Below, piece after piece: positions 1 to 12,074 of a stretch of 64,000 bases of DNA. Position 1 is the first letter of the stretch, and the number at the start of each line of letters is the position of its first letter. The DNA is from Octopus vulgaris (lineage: Eukaryota). The notes below the pieces were generated by a model that saw only the letters and a list, made by a program, of their open reading frames with translations, was not told the DNA's origin and did not search any database. Location of the stretch: assembly GCA_951406725.2 (NCBI GenBank), contig OX597823.1, forward strand, positions 3,844,001 through 3,908,000, given 5' to 3'. A program made the translations under genes and the position numbers.

Positions 1-880
1 ACATCCGCTAATCAACGGAAATGAATTAATGATGATGTCCAACCGGATGGCTATGGATACTATGGACTACACTGTAATCATCCCAGGATTACAGACTATA
101 ATCTTAAGAGCAATGTGATTTGTGGAAACGTGCATAGTGATGCATTAAAATGTTAATCGATTCCATCCATGGATTCTTCTTCTTATTATTATATTTATCC
201 TACATTATATCGGTACAACTTGATGTAACCCCGAAAAACTGGCTCGCTAGTCAGCATTATTAGATGGTGGTCGGCACAATGGAATAGGACCTCTATTTGT
301 ATATTCAATACGTCACCCATAAACAAATTTAAAAGATATATATATATACATGCGAGCATGATTGCATACATATGTATACATATGCATATATGTATTTGTG
401 TGTATATTTACATCTTACATATATATATCTGTATATGTATGTAGTCTGTGTACATCCATCTGTGTATTTTAATGTACATATGTATATTAATGGTTTAGTA
501 TGCGTATATACTGTTGTAAAATATTTACGTAATGCAGCGTGAGAATTTTAATTTTAATGTATTAATTGTACTAATTGAATTATATTTCATATATAATTAT
601 TTGCAATATGTATTTTGAATCCGATCTTCGATTTAAGGTTTTCCTCGATTTTTATAATCTGATGAATTTATATTGAATTCATTTATTTTGTTCATTGTAT
701 GCTTAAGACCATTAATTGAAAGGACCAATGAAACAAATTCATTTTTAAAGGTGTATCCTTTAACTAGTTTTGATCATATCGTTATTTCTGTTCTATTTTA
801 ACAAAACTGTCTGCTGTACGGGAACGTGAAACTCTGAGTAACAGCTTTTGTTATATTTCTGCTGCTTTTAAATAAAGTAT
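1..880 (+). mobile_element. 3' part of a Penelope-like (PLE)-derived non-autonomous repeat ending in a decayed HHR
   Basis: About 630-880 matches the reverse complement of ~50512-50800 (ggttttcctcg, accaatgaaacaa, tttaaaggtg, ctgctgct..aaataaagta). The left limit is not determined. Confidence 0.5.
807..844 (+). ncRNA. Decayed minimal type I hammerhead ribozyme
   Basis: ctgt-ctgctgt-a-cg-ggaa-cg-t-gaaa-ctc-t-gag-ta-acag: stems I and III intact, core mutated; homolog of the intact copy at 50548-50585. Confidence 0.55.
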
Positions 881-926
881 ATATATACATATATATATAC
901 ACACATACATACATATATATATACAC

Positions 927-981
<55 letters not shown>

Positions 982-1309
982 GACATATATATATATAATA
1001 AGTGAGTTAAGTAAGAGGTTATAACAACCGTCTATGGGATACTTGTATCCAGTGAATCCACTGGTGTATTACCTACACACCAGCATTGGTATTACTGCTC
1101 ATAAATGATGGATAATGACAAGAATAAACAAAGGTTTATCAATATTCAAGGAAAGCAGAAAATGGAGATAAATTTGATGAATAACAACTGATTTACATCA
1201 ATTATCATTTATTAATTAATTAAAAAAAGACAGAATCTCAACTTACTGCGGCTTTTGTTAGCTTGATCTATAGGCTAACCTTATGTATATCTATCTATCT
1301 ATCTATCTA

Positions 1310-1363
<54 letters not shown>

Positions 1364-1435
1364 GTGACTGCATGTGTACCGTTGGCGATTTTATTTTCCT
1401 CTGTCTTCTCTTCTCTGGATCTTTCCTTCTCCTAT

Positions 1436-1470
1436 GTTTCCGACGAAGAGCTCTGCTTGAAACGTTAAAC
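1436..1470 (+). ncRNA. Minimal hammerhead ribozyme (U4C core) within a short PLE-type repeat (~1340-1565)
   Basis: gttt-CCGACGA-a-gagc-tct-gctt-GAAA-cg-TT-aaac. Confidence 0.6.
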
Positions 1471-1796
1471 CCTCCTTCTTTCCTGAGCATCTAATAATAC
1501 TATATTTGTTCCACGTCCTCACGTTGTTGTGTTTTTTTGTGCTTTCTTGTTTGGATTAACTTTATATATATATATATATATATATACGGCAAGAAATAAT
1601 TTTGTCTCTTTTTATGGAAACAAAAGGACTGATAAAAAGATGCGCTCAACATTGAGACAAACATAAAGAAATATTGATTATAGAACAAACATAAAATTCA
1701 AATCAACAACTTTATATATAACACCATACCTCAAACATTCTATCATATATAAATATTACCATGGTTTTCACACATATAAAAATATACAATATACAT

Positions 1797-2206
1797 AGGC
1801 ATAGGAGTGGCTGTGTGGTAAGTAGCTTGCTTACCAACCACATGGTTCCAGGTTCAGTCCCACTGCGTGGCACCTTGGGCAAGTGTCTTCTACTATAGCC
1901 TCGGGCCGACCAAAGCCTTGTGAGTGGATTTGGTAGACAGGAGCTGAAAGAAGCCCGTTGTATATATGTATATGTATATGTGTGTGTGTGTGAGTTTGTG
2001 TGTCTGTATTTGTCCCCCCAACATCGCTTGACAACCGATGCTGGCATGTTTTTGTCTCCGTAACTTAACGATTCGGCAAAAGAGACCAATAGAATAAGAA
2101 CTAGGCTTACAAAGAATAAGTCCAGAGGTCGATTTGCTCGACTAAAGGCGGTGCACCAGCATGGCCACAGTCAAATGACTGAAACAAGTAAAAGAGTAAA
2201 AGAGTA
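1797..2206 (+). mobile_element. Full-length tRNA-derived SINE, family A (CORE-like), with internal (TA)/(TG) microsatellite
   Basis: A box tggctgtgtgg, B box ggttcagtccc, CORE-like ccttgggcaagt, (gagtaaaa)n tail; many homologous copies in the window. Confidence 0.85.
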
Positions 2207-2467
2207 TATACAAAAACAGAAGGTAAAAATATATATATTTGAATAAAATACAAATATACAGAACAGCCTATCAAAAAGTTAAATACTAATGACTAAAAAT
2301 TACTAAAACTTCCAAAGCATATCATACTACTAAAAGAACTAATATAAGATAAAATATCAATCAACTAAAAAAGTTTTTTTACTCTCCGCACACAAGTTCA
2401 GTTCTTAAAACCATGGTAGGTTAGAGTCCAGGAGCAAAAATGAGTTCCAACACATCTCAATTTAAAT

Positions 2468-2551
2468 ACATCTATGGCCATTTCGGGAGTTCACTGCCAA
2501 CGTTTGATTACATTTAAAATGCATCTTGACAATGGCCCCCTCATCAGTGTG
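2468..2551 (-). ncRNA. Hammerhead ribozyme with long stem II, downstream of the PLE ORF
   Basis: Minus strand: aca-CTGATGA-ggggg-ccattgtcaa...ttggcagtg-aa-ctccc-GAAA-tggcca-TA-gatgt. Stem III is palindromic; stem I is imperfect. Confidence 0.6.
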
Positions 2552-2760
2552 AACAGGAAGCATGCACAAAAGAAAACCAAAAAGAAATTTATTGAATGCT
2601 GCAAGGCTAATTTAAAGATAAAACTATCATGGGACCAATCCAAATTTTCTAACACACAAAGAAAAAACAAAGGAAGAATTATTTCATTGCCAAACAAGCT
2701 GGTGGCTGTTGTTTATAGAAATTTTAACTCACCGGTTTCAAATCCCCATAAAACTAAATA

Positions 2761-3065
2761 TTATTTACTATATCTACTTTTATTTCCATACACTTTCAGA
2801 AAAGTAGAAAAAAATTTGTGGTTGCAAAAAGGGATCACCTCAGTAAATTTATTTAAAGTTTTATGCCTAAAAGACTTAAGGATGGCAAGGGATTCCCTTA
2901 CACATAACTTACACTTATTAATATTCACTCAGAAATAAGGGTCCCACAATATAATCGACCATTCAAGAGAATACCTTTTATTATTCCTCATTAAACCATG
3001 TACATAAGAGGCAAGTGTAGTAGAGTTACAATATTTTTCGCTCGAAAACAAATCCAAATATATAT
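2761..3065 (-). pseudogene. C-terminal GIY-YIG endonuclease fragment of a Penelope-like retroelement (Naiad-like)
   Basis: Translates FSSEKYCNSTTLASYVHGLMRNNKRYSLEWSIILWDPYF*VNINKCKLCVRESLAILKSFRHKTLNKFTEVIPFCNHKFF, matching the PLE pattern ST.L..Y...L...W.I...PY...CxLC..E...LNK..E...CxH. Confidence 0.75.
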
Positions 3066-3069
3066 AGAG

Positions 3070-3308
3070 AACATGATTTGAGCGTGGCCGTTGCCAGTAC
3101 CGCCTCACTGGTCCTCGTGCCAGTGGCATGTAAAAGCACCCACTACACTCTCGGAGTGGTTGGCATTAGGAAGGGCATCCAGCTATAGAAACTCTGCCAG
3201 ATCAGATTGGAGCCTGGTGCAGGCATCTGGTTTGCCAGTCCTCAGTCAAATCGTCCAACCCATGCTAACATAGAAAGCGGACATTAAATGATGATGATGA
3301 TGATGATA
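3070..3308 (+). mobile_element. RTE LINE 3' UTR/tail fragment
   Basis: ttggcattaggaagggcatccagct...(gat)n tail; the same sequence follows the RT fragment at 5951-7100. Confidence 0.8.
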
Positions 3309-3329
3309 TATATCCATATATATTCAAAT

Positions 3330-3370
<41 letters not shown>

Positions 3371-4084
3371 TAGAACCACACTAATAGCTTACAAGTGAAA
3401 TTTAGGCTTTCTTGGTTTTCTGTGAATCGATTTTGATAAAGCTTTTCGCAGTTGGTTTGCACACTATGGCAACACCATTGTTATGTTTTCATTATTCTGT
3501 GTAGCGTCCTTTCTTTTTTTTGTTTCAGATTCTTCAGTTTTTGTGTGAACCACGCTAATAGCTTTTGAATGAAAATAACCCATCTAAACATTTTATATAT
3601 ATATATTATTTCTTTCTATAATGTATAAATTTAATAACTAAATTCAAAATTTTTCACAATACTAGTCTTGGATTGAATACTGAAGCACCTTTCTGCATTT
3701 CAAATTGTTTCTGAATGTCAAATAAGAAAAGTTTTTATGAAACAGAATGAAAAGTTAGTGATCCGGTGGAAATCAAACCCATGCCTCCTAGTTGACACAT
3801 TGGTGCATTGACCTCTATGTTACAGCTACTTATCCAAAGGTATTTTAAAATCATTTTAACAGGTCTCTTCTCTGAGTATAAACACTTTACCTTGAGGTAC
3901 CATTGTGACTGCTGCAGCCCATGATTTGCAAGTATTTCTCCCTCTTCCCCACTTTTCTCTTACTTGTCTGAAATATCAGACAAAACGTTCTGTGTGTTAT
4001 TCTTTTTCCTCTGAATAAGCCATAAAAAAAAAATGTAGTTGTCCACCCTATGTGTACTCTTTGTGGGTTGCTACAACTTACTCT

Positions 4085-4520
4085 GGTATTGTATCTGAAG
4101 TTTCACAATCCAAACATTTCTAAATTTTACCAGAGTGAGTTTCAAACATCATTCATTGCATCACCACTTCATCATTCTTTTACAAATGTATGATTGTCTG
4201 CCCCAAATACATTTTCTGAAGATCACTCCACCATGCTTTAGTCTCATACCTTACAATCTACATAATTCATTCAAGTTTTTAAGCCTAAACATTTCTGAAT
4301 TGTCTCTGAGTCTGTTTTTAATCATTACTCAGTGAATAATGGTTATATTTCTTTCACAGTCACTATCACTCAAAAACATTCTTTGAAGATCACTACACTT
4401 GGCCTTGGTGTTTTAGCTTCGGGTTTATATAATTCACTCAAGTTTTTGCATCCAAACATTCCTAAACTTACTCTGGAATTTAATCCAAATATAATCACTA
4501 CTTTATCACTCTTTCACTCC
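4085..4520. repeat. Degenerate tandem repeat, about 170-bp period, roughly 3 copies
   Basis: aagttt....cc(t)aaacatt.ct.aa recurs at ~4099, 4273 and 4440; tgaagatcact recurs at ~4217 and 4384. Confidence 0.6.
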
Positions 4521-5950
4521 TACTCTTGATGCTATCATGAACTGACCAACGTTCAATTTTAGTTTGGGTTTTACATTGTAACTTCTAACTTTTAAACATT
4601 ACATTCAATTTTGGTTACACATGTTCACTAAATTCCTCATACAGTACTACCAATAATTTCTCCTCCCTTTCGGTGAATTTACAAATACAGTGCGTTTGTA
4701 CATATCTCGACCTGTTTCCTACCAAAATCATTATCATTATGCCATAATAGTCCTATTTTCTCTTCTACACAATCTTTGTTTACTAATCCAATGAACATGA
4801 AGCCTGAATGTTTGTTTGAAATGAAAACAATTTCTATGTCAATCACATCATGACTGTCCTGGTCTATTTTTGGAATGGTTCTTCCTGCTGATCCCATACT
4901 TCCTACTTTTTTTTTGTTTAAACAAAAATCAATCATTTATCAGTTGAGTTTTCAATCATACAACAAGAGATGTATGGCCAATGAGGCCAAAAATACTACA
5001 ACGAAAATAAATAGTCTAAAAATCAATATTATTAATTATTGAGCAAGGATTTCATTAAAACTGCAAAACAATTAAAAAAAGAAATGCCCTTACTTCAGCT
5101 TACATAAACCCAAAATGTAGCAGAGTTGCACCAGATTAATGAATAGCAATTATATTTTCTCTCAAAACTCCAGCTCTGAGGATCGGAAATGTCAGTTTAA
5201 GCTGAATTAAGCACATTTATAATATTTTTGTAATGCAAACTTTTGTAAGGAATACTTAATGCTGGTGGTCTGAGAATTTTTGATTTTGTTGCAGTGCCTG
5301 TGTATTTTTAACCTAACCGACCATTGTGAAAGTGTATATATGTATTTTTAGACAAGACAACCATATGGCTTATGAAATATAATTGAAACTTCATCCTGTT
5401 TTTATTAACCATTTTTTCGTACTTGTTCCTTTTTAAAATTTATTTTAGCTTTTGCTTGTTTAAGTCAGTGGCCTGCAGCCATTCTGGGGCACCACCTTGA
5501 AGGATTTAGTCGAATAAATTTACTCCAGAACTTATTTTTTAAGTCTGGTACTTATTCTATTGGTCCCTTTTGCCGAACCACAAAGATACAGGGATGTAAA
5601 TAAACCAACACCAGTTGCTAAGCAGTGGTGGGTACAAACTCAAATACACACATGAATATATATACATATATATAAGATAAGAAAATAGAGAGATAATTAA
5701 TAAATTATTATTAATTAATAAAAAAAATTGGCAATAAATAATTTTTGATTAATAAATAATATTTTTTTAATCATTCTATTTTCTTATCTTATTATAATAA
5801 ATAAATATATATAAACCACAGTTTATATAGTTACATTGCAGTTGAGTATTAAATGCAATATTCAACATTCTTTGTATAGGTAACCAACCATAGGATTTTG
5901 ATATCCCTTAAAGAGGTTTATTTGTACTTATATATATATATACATATATA

Positions 5951-7100
5951 TCATCATCATCATTTAACATCTGCTTTCCATGCTGGCATGGGTTGGACGG
6001 TTTGACTGAGGACAGGCGAGCCAGATGGCTGCACCAGGTTCCAATCTGATCTAACAGAGTTTCTACAGCTGGATACCCATCCTAATGCCAACCACTCAGA
6101 AAGTGTAGGGGTGCTTTCACCTGCTACTGGCACAAGAGCCAGTCAGGTGGTACTGGCAACAGCCACATTCAAAATGTGTTTTTTATGTGCCACCTGCACA
6201 GGAGCCAGTTCAGCAGCACTGGCAACAACCTTGCCAGTAAGGCGACGCTGGTAAAGGCCACGCATGAATGGTGCTTTTTACATGCTACGGGCACAGGAGC
6301 CAGTCAGCGGCCCTGGCAACAATCATGCTCTTAGCGCTCCACTAGCACGGATGCCAGTCAGGTGGTGCTGTCATTGAATTTGATTTCGATTTCACCTACC
6401 TCAACAGGTCTTTGCAAGCAGAGTTTAGTGTCTAATGAAGGAAAGGTATGCATGTGGGCTGGTAACACCACTGGCATAGGCCACGGGTTATGGTCTCACT
6501 TGGCTTGCCGGGTCTTCTGAAGCACAGCATATTTCCAAAGGTCTCGGTCACTAGTCATTGCCTCCATGAGGCCTAATGTTTGAAGGTCATGCTTCACCAC
6601 TTCATCCCAGGTCTTCCTGGCTCTGCCTCTTCCATAGGTTCCTTCAACCGCTAGGGTGTGACATTTTTTCACACAGCTATCCTCATCCATTGTCGCCACA
6701 TGACCATACCAGCGCAGTCGTCTCTCTTGCACACCACATCTGATGCCTCTTAGGTCCAACTTTTCTCTCAATGCACTTACACTCTGTTGAGTATGCACAC
6801 TGACATTACACATCCAGCAGAGCATACTGGCTTCATTCCTTGCAAGCTTACACATGTCCTCAGCAGTCACGGCCCATGTTTCTCTGCCATGTAGCATGGC
6901 TGTTTGTAGACATGCGTCATACAGTCTACCTTTTACTCTTAGCGAGAGGCCCTTTGTCACCAGCAGAGGTAAGAGCTCTCTGAACTTTGCCCAGGCTATT
7001 CTTATTCTAGCAGCTACACTTTCAGGGCACCCACCCCCGCTACTGACTTGGTCACCTAGGTAACGGAAGCTATCAACTACTTGTAGTTTTTTCCCTGGAA
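5951..7100 (-). mobile_element. 5'-truncated RTE-clade LINE: ORF C-terminus (6496-7095) plus 3' UTR
   Basis: VDSFRYLGDQV...RIRIAWAKFREL...RRLRWYGHV...GRGRARKTWDEVV, then a UTR ending in (gat)n. Confidence 0.92.
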
Positions 7101-7150
7101 TGTGGTAGAAGTTGTTCTTTGAACACACACACACACACATATATATATAT

Positions 7151-7407
7151 ATTGGTTTGTTGCATAATTATTGCGGCCTTTTTTTTTTCAAGAAATTTTA
7201 TTCAACAAAAACAATAACAACATGTAACAAAAACATCTTTAAATGATTATTCCGGAGCATATTCACCATCTACTTCAATTACTGCTTCCCATTTGCTTCG
7301 CAGACGGTCAGACCATCATTTAAAGATGTTTTTGTGAAATAGTGTTTTTGTTTTTGCTGAATAATATTTGTTGAAAAAAAGCCACAATAATTATGCTCCA
7401 ACCCAAT
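7151..7407. mobile_element. Mariner-derived MITE made of two inverted 3' ends
   Basis: About 100-bp imperfect inverted arms in TA context; the minus strand carries the mariner C-terminus DRLRSKWEAVIEVDGEYAPE*. Confidence 0.75.
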
Positions 7408-7419
7408 ACATACGTACAC

Positions 7420-7955
7420 ACACAAACACAAACACAAGCTTATACACAGTTTCTGCCTACCAAATTCACTCACAGGGTATTGGTTGGGCTGGGGCTATAG
7501 TAGAAGACATTTGCTCAAGGTGCTGCACTGTGAGACTGAGCCTGAATGATTGCAAAGGCGGCTTCTTGACCACACAGTCATTTATTCTCATTTTCTATTG
7601 TTTCTGTCTCCAAGTTATATTCCTTATGTTTAATTTAAACTAAAGTATTATCCGTCATATGATGGCTATGTCTGGAAGTATACTTTTGCTACCATGGTTG
7701 TTAATATCAGGAAATATGGCATACTCTTTTACTCTTTTATTTGTTTCAGTCTTTTGACTGCAGCCATGCTGGAGCACTGCCTTTAGTCAAACAAATCACC
7801 TAGTACTTATGCTATCATTCTCTTTTGCTGAACTGCTAAGCTACAGGGATGTAAACACACCAGCATCGCTTGTCAAGCGATCGTGGGGGAACAAACACAG
7901 ACACCCACACACATATATATACAACGGGCTTCTTTCAGTTTCTGTCAACCAAATA
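7420..7955 (-). mobile_element. Two partial family A SINE copies (~7420-7580, ~7722-7955)
   Basis: Reverse-complement similarity to 1797-2206. Confidence 0.75.
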
Positions 7956-8697
7956 TTCATTATGTTTGACCTAGGGGTAAACCATAACATATCAACTTTA
8001 ATAATGACTTTGTCACAGTACAAACATTTAACATCTCTAAATTATAACAACGTTTTTATTACGAACTATATAATATGTCCATTGCAGGATTTGAACTTTT
8101 GATACTTCAATTAGTGTGCAACACATTATCTCAGTCTCTGACATTTATTTTAATGATATAGTGAGATGATGAAACAACAAGGTGAGCCTTGCACAATTTC
8201 AATGCTGAAAACAAAGACACCAAACATGAAACGGCTTTCATTTCATCACCCCATCACTGGTGTCAGAGGATTTTCTGCAAATCTCAACAATGAGTATCCA
8301 GTTATCTGACCAACCGAATTCTTACTCATGGAATTAACTCCTGGCTGAGTATTCCATCATGGAAAGAAGCAAGGAGGACCCAGTCATAGCAAGCCAGTCA
8401 TTGTTCCTCTGTTCTAAAACTTTTTAAGCTAGAAGTCTAACACACTATGAAAAGGTATCTGGCCTAGTGGTGAGGCAACTGGGCTCTCAATCATAAAGTC
8501 ATGGGTTTGATTTCCAGCCATGGTTGTGCATTGTTTCTTTGGGCAAGGCACTTTGTTTCATCTTGCTTCAGTCCACTGGAAAATATGAGTATTAAGACTG
8601 AAGAAACTATTTTTAGTGGTGGATTTTGAAGTAAATAAAGCTATAAATAACAGCATATAAAAATACTGGGTTTTTTAACTCGATATTCTACATGAAT

Positions 8698-8920
8698 AGG
8701 GCAGCGAGCTGACAGAATCATTAGCATGCTGGGTGAAATGCTTAACTGTATTTCATCTGTCCCTACGTTCTGAGTTCAAATTCCACCGAGGTTGACTTTG
8801 CCTTTCATCCTATCAGGGTCGATTAAATAAGTACCAGTTATGTACTGGGGTCAATGTAATCATCTTAATCCTTTTGTCTGTCTTTGTTTGTCCCCTCCAT
8901 TTTTAGCCCCTTGTGGGCAA
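8698..8920 (+). mobile_element. SINE family B (Meta-domain-like). Other copies at ~10140, 12820, 13040, 16352(-), 23570(-), 24178, 24418, 25800(-), 26770, 30020, 34920(-), 43075(-), 43625, 53488(-), 53890(-), 57365, 61485(-)
   Basis: ggcagcgagctg...ttctgagttcaaattcc...gactttgcctttcatcct...gggtcgat.aaataagtaccag recurs throughout. The domain name comes from recall only. Confidence 0.8.
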
Positions 8921-9800
8921 TAAAAATTTTTTTTTTAAATAAATATTCTACATGAATAGTAAAAAATTGAAAATCCTAACCCTAACTGTCATCTATAAAC
9001 ATGACAGACATGCTAACCATTACACCAAAGCAGCTCTTCAAATCTTTTCCATACATTTTTGAAACTTCAGTCTTACCTGTGAGAATTGTAAGATGTTCAC
9101 ACTAAAAGAATTTAGTGACTTTGGGAGGTATGAAGTGAATTAGTTTATCTACTTTGAGTTCTGTCATTGAAAATAATATACTTCAATGCTAAGTTTCTAA
9201 ATTCTTATAAGTACTAAGACTGACAGAGTGACCGATCAGCATCAAAAGAGTATGGTAGCCACTAATAGTGGTTATGGCTAAAAGGCCTTCAAACAAGGAG
9301 AGGAACATGTCCAGCAGTGGGTTTCTATATCAATGTCTTTGCCTTGACATACTTTTGGATTGATAAGCTGTATCTCTTTTCCAATTAAGCTTTAGTTGTA
9401 AAAAAAAATGCCAAAACATTTTGTAAATGAAGCATCTTACCCAAAACATGCCTGATTTCCTCTCCTTTTCATTTCTCTTGATATTCATTTATTCATATCC
9501 GAGACAAGCTGTCTCTTTACTTCTTCTCCTTTTGCCTTCTCATTAAATCACCTTCCATTTCTAAAGCTTTTATTATTCATTTGTTGTTTTCCTTTGAATC
9601 TTTTGCATTAATTTTTTTTTAGCTTTTATTTTTCTAACTCACTATTCCTTATTTCCATATTTTTTTTCCTTTTAATCTTCGTTTCCCCACCCCCCCTTCT
9701 TGTCCCACTCCCTTCAGACAGCCGTACGGAAATAGTTCTTTTAGTTCTTCCTGTGTTAACATGTGAATCTTCAATAGAGACAACAGCATTATATCTGTTA

Positions 9801-9986
9801 TTATAACAATCCCCCAGTCAATTCAAATGCCACAAAATCTGCTGAAACTTGTAATAGCTGAGATGAGTACAGCATAAATTTAGTCAGTAATAGCATCCAG
9901 TCATCACGGTGAACATTGAGAGATGTCGCTGAAGAGCAGACATCCATTCTTTGATTACAGACAGTATTTGCATTACACAAAGCCCC
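9801..9986 (-). CDS. Candidate terminal coding exon (LCN motif then hydrophobic tail, GPI-signal-like)
   Basis: Good acceptor ttttttgctgccttttgatctttcag|; phase-0 reading GALCNANTVCNQRMDVCSSATSLNVHRDDWMLLLTKFMLYSS...GGLL*; non-repetitive DNA follows. No upstream exon found. Confidence 0.3.
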   Translation of the reverse strand, partial: GALCNANTVCNQRMDVCSSATSLNVHRDDWMLLLTKFMLYSSQLLQVSADFVAFELTGGLL

Positions 9987-10547
9987 CTGAAAGATCAAAA
10001 GGCAGCAAAAAAATAATGTATACATACCGACGTAACTTCACCACATATTCACCACATATAGGCACACACACACAAACACACACAGTGACAAGAGGTTGTA
10101 AGAAACTCTCAAGAAAGCTGGCAGATTCATAAGCACATTAAATAAAATGCATAGTGGTATTTTTTTCTTCAGGCATTTTAAGTTCTGAGTTCAAATCCTG
10201 TTGTGGCCAACTTTGCCTTTCAGGGTTGATGAAATAAAGTACCAGTGAAGTACTAGGGTTGATGTAATTAACTAACCCTTTCCCACTAAAAGTACTGACC
10301 TTGCACCCATATTTATTATTGTTATTGTTCATATACACTCAACAGATTAGACTGTTGGAAAAGAAAAGAATCCTAACATGAAGCTACAACAAGTTGCCTT
10401 AGGTGTCAAGAACCCTCCTAAAGATCCTAGCTGTCCCTAATAACAGTCTTTTTGTGCTGTACTAAACTGGGTGTTTATGCCTATTTCTTCTATCCATCTG
10501 TTCATATCTTTAAGGATAGTTCCCAATGCACCTATAACATTTTACCC

Positions 10548-11100
10548 ACATTATTATTATTATTTATTGCCTTTGCACAGCTTCTAACGCTAGAGATGTA
10601 CTACAGTGTCAGATGTTCACTACAATTGAACTAAGGTAACACCTCTTATTTTTCGAGCACCTTCCAGAGTATTCAAGCAGTTCTAAGCTGTGCTGTTTTC
10701 TGCAAGTGCTCAACCCTTATTGCAACCCCTATTTGTTCCATGTATTTCTTGAGGTTTTAACTCACTGTTCCCAGGTTCCAACAATTATTGGTACTACTAC
10801 CACCTTTTTCATCGACCATAACTGCTTTACCTCCCAAGCTAACCTGTCATACCTATCGACTTTTCTTTCTTCCTTATCGCATACCTTGCTGTCAGCTAGG
10901 CATGCTATGTCTATGATCCAGCATCATTTGCTTTCTTTCTCAATTAAGACTATGTCTGGCTTCCTATTCTCTATCTCATGATCGCACTGAATTATAAAAT
11001 CCCACAGGATCTTTGCATTATCATTTTCAATGATGCCTTCAGGTTTGTGTTTGCACCAATTTTTTCTTCTGTCAACTCCATACTTATTGAAAAGTGTCCA
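10548..11100 (-). mobile_element. 3' fragment of an R4/Dong-clade non-LTR element (restriction-like endonuclease)
   Basis: HKPEGIIENDNAKILWDFIIQCDHEIENRKPDIVLIEKESK*CWIIDIAC...KEERKVDRY..LW..VVPIIVG; (TAA)n on both sides. Confidence 0.85.
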
Positions 11101-11142
11101 ATTATTATTATTATTATTATTATCATCATCATCATCATTATT

Positions 11143-11330
11143 ATAGATGCCTACACAATTATCTGTGTAGTTGTGCATGTGTTCTTTTTTTGTAAGAATA
11201 TGATGTATACACCCATCATCATCATCATCATTTAAGGCAGACATTAAATGATGATGATGGGTGTATACATCATATTTCTATAAAAAGGAACATATACACA
11301 ACTACATATTTATGATTGTGTAGGCATATA
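11143..11330. repeat. Fold-back inverted duplication with ~95-bp arms
   Basis: atatgatgtatacacccatcatcatc / gatgatgatgggtgtatacatcatat, extending imperfectly to tgcctacacaat / attgtgtaggca. Confidence 0.85.
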
Positions 11331-11447
11331 TATATATATGTATATATAATACAGACACCTATGCATGTGTGAGCATGTGTGTAAGTTATGTTATGTATGT
11401 GTGCATACATGTATACACATGCACACATATGTGCATGTATACACACC

Positions 11448-11503
<56 letters not shown>

Positions 11504-12074
11504 TGAGATGGTGAGTTTATTACACTTTTTCTTCCATTTTTTTCAATATTACATTTTCGAGTCTTCAGTCTTGACTGAAAACTTGTAAAAAATGGTAGAA
11601 TATCTCATGGCAGAAAATGATAAAGAATGGTAATGTACCTTATGGTAGAGACAGAGAAATGTGTCCTGTCAACAGTAAAATAACTTTTCTTTATTTATTT
11701 TGCTTTCAAAATTCCTCACAAGAAGAGAAGACTAAAAATATGATAACTCTAATAAAAATGAAATATTAAATGGAAGACATAGAAAGACAATAAAGAAAAG
11801 AGGAATAAAATATAAGAAGGCTGTTTAATGAAAGGAAATGGAAGAGAAAGACTTAGTATATAGAGGTAGAGAGAGAGAGAAATGAACGAGAGGTAGGAGA
11901 CAGATAGAGAGATTGAGAAAGAAAGAGCAAGAGAGAGTGGAGGACTGAGTGAGAGAGACGGAGAGAAACAGGAAAAGAGAAACAGAAACACACACACACA
12001 CACACACACAGAGATACAAAGAAAGAGAGGGAGAGAGGGAGAGACAGAGATAGAGAGGCAGAAATAGATGTGTT

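Noticed and set aside
659-700. Isolated ctgatga words (also ~34246, 44401, 57191, 58310)
   Set aside because: No correctly placed GAAA or stems, so not counted as hammerheads.
2474-2938. 154-aa plus-strand ORF
   Set aside because: Antisense shadow of the PLE endonuclease tail; no recognisable motif.
4679-4936. 85-aa minus-strand ORF in unique DNA
   Set aside because: No recognisable domain or convincing splice sites.
9077-9101. 25-nt microexon-like segment on the minus strand (ttcttttag...cag|gtaaga)
   Set aside because: Not frame-preserving, lies downstream of the candidate stop exon, and such matches are expected by chance.
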